A stretch of 64,000 nucleotides of DNA from Sarea resinae (Eukaryota): positions 62,001 to 126,000 of the forward strand of contig JAPEUD010000040.1 in the NCBI GenBank assembly GCA_026026165.1, given 5' to 3'. The notes beneath the pieces are model-generated. The model was not told the origin of the DNA. It did no database searches and saw only the letters and a program-made list of their open reading frames with translations. Positions 63,744 through 64,000 of this stretch are shown in pieces. Position 1 is the first letter of the stretch; each line of letters begins with the position of its first letter. The position numbers and the translations under genes are program-made.

Positions 63744-64000
63744 ATGCCTCCGGACAGTTCTTCGTTTACGGCGTTGAATCTCCCCCAATCCCAGATCCCA
63801 GAATGGATGGGCTCCTTCTCGCTGCATGCGCCGCCCAATACGGATCTCTGGCGCAAGCCGCCGTCGCGCGACACGTCCACGGCGCCGATCCTGTACACGG
63901 CTTTGCGGCATCCGTTCATTGCGGCCGAGGTGACTATCTGCGCTGATTGGGAACTGGAATGGGATCAAGCAGGTCTTGTCATCTTCGCCGGCGCACCTCC
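63744..64000 (+). CDS. Second DUF1349 protein, truncated by the window end
   Basis: MPPDSSSFTALNLP..APPNTDLWRKPPSRDTSTAPILY..ADWELEWDQAGLVIF; absent from the ORF track because it has no stop in the window. Confidence 0.8.
   Translation, partial: MPPDSSSFTALNLPQSQIPEWMGSFSLHAPPNTDLWRKPPSRDTSTAPILYTALRHPFIAAEVTICADWELEWDQAGLVIFAGAP

Overview
Gene-dense, intron-containing genomic DNA from a filamentous ascomycete (Pezizomycotina-type introns with GT..CTRAY..YAG). It holds about 25 genes or gene relics, mostly housekeeping: CEG1, SGF73, CEM1, IAH1-like, a bZIP factor, a CLC channel, RRP45, CWC15, SRP72, NIP7, NOC3, an SDR, LTA4H, IWR1, an RRM protein, agmatinase, CDC42, a siderophore transporter and two DUF1349 genes. 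The most striking non-coding structure is a ~1.3 kb array at 32.07-33.39 kb. It has 8.5 modules, each a 64-81 bp cassette bounded by inverted 14-bp arms TGAGACGTTCRACG...CRTCGAACGTCTCA, spaced on average 160 bp apart by linkers built from 11- or 19-bp subrepeats. Cassettes occur in both orientations, one pair is a perfect 72-bp inverted duplicate, and a solo copy lies 32 kb away at 130-212. Other notable items: a probable fungal Sororin (Sor1) next to the array, a spliced 74-aa six-cysteine secreted peptide that the ORF track only partly captures, a triply broken MFS pseudogene, a BTB relic, SreA-type sites upstream of the siderophore transporter, and a recurrent 12-bp intergenic palindrome TACTCCGGAGTA. 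All calls were made by eye from motifs; no database searches were run.
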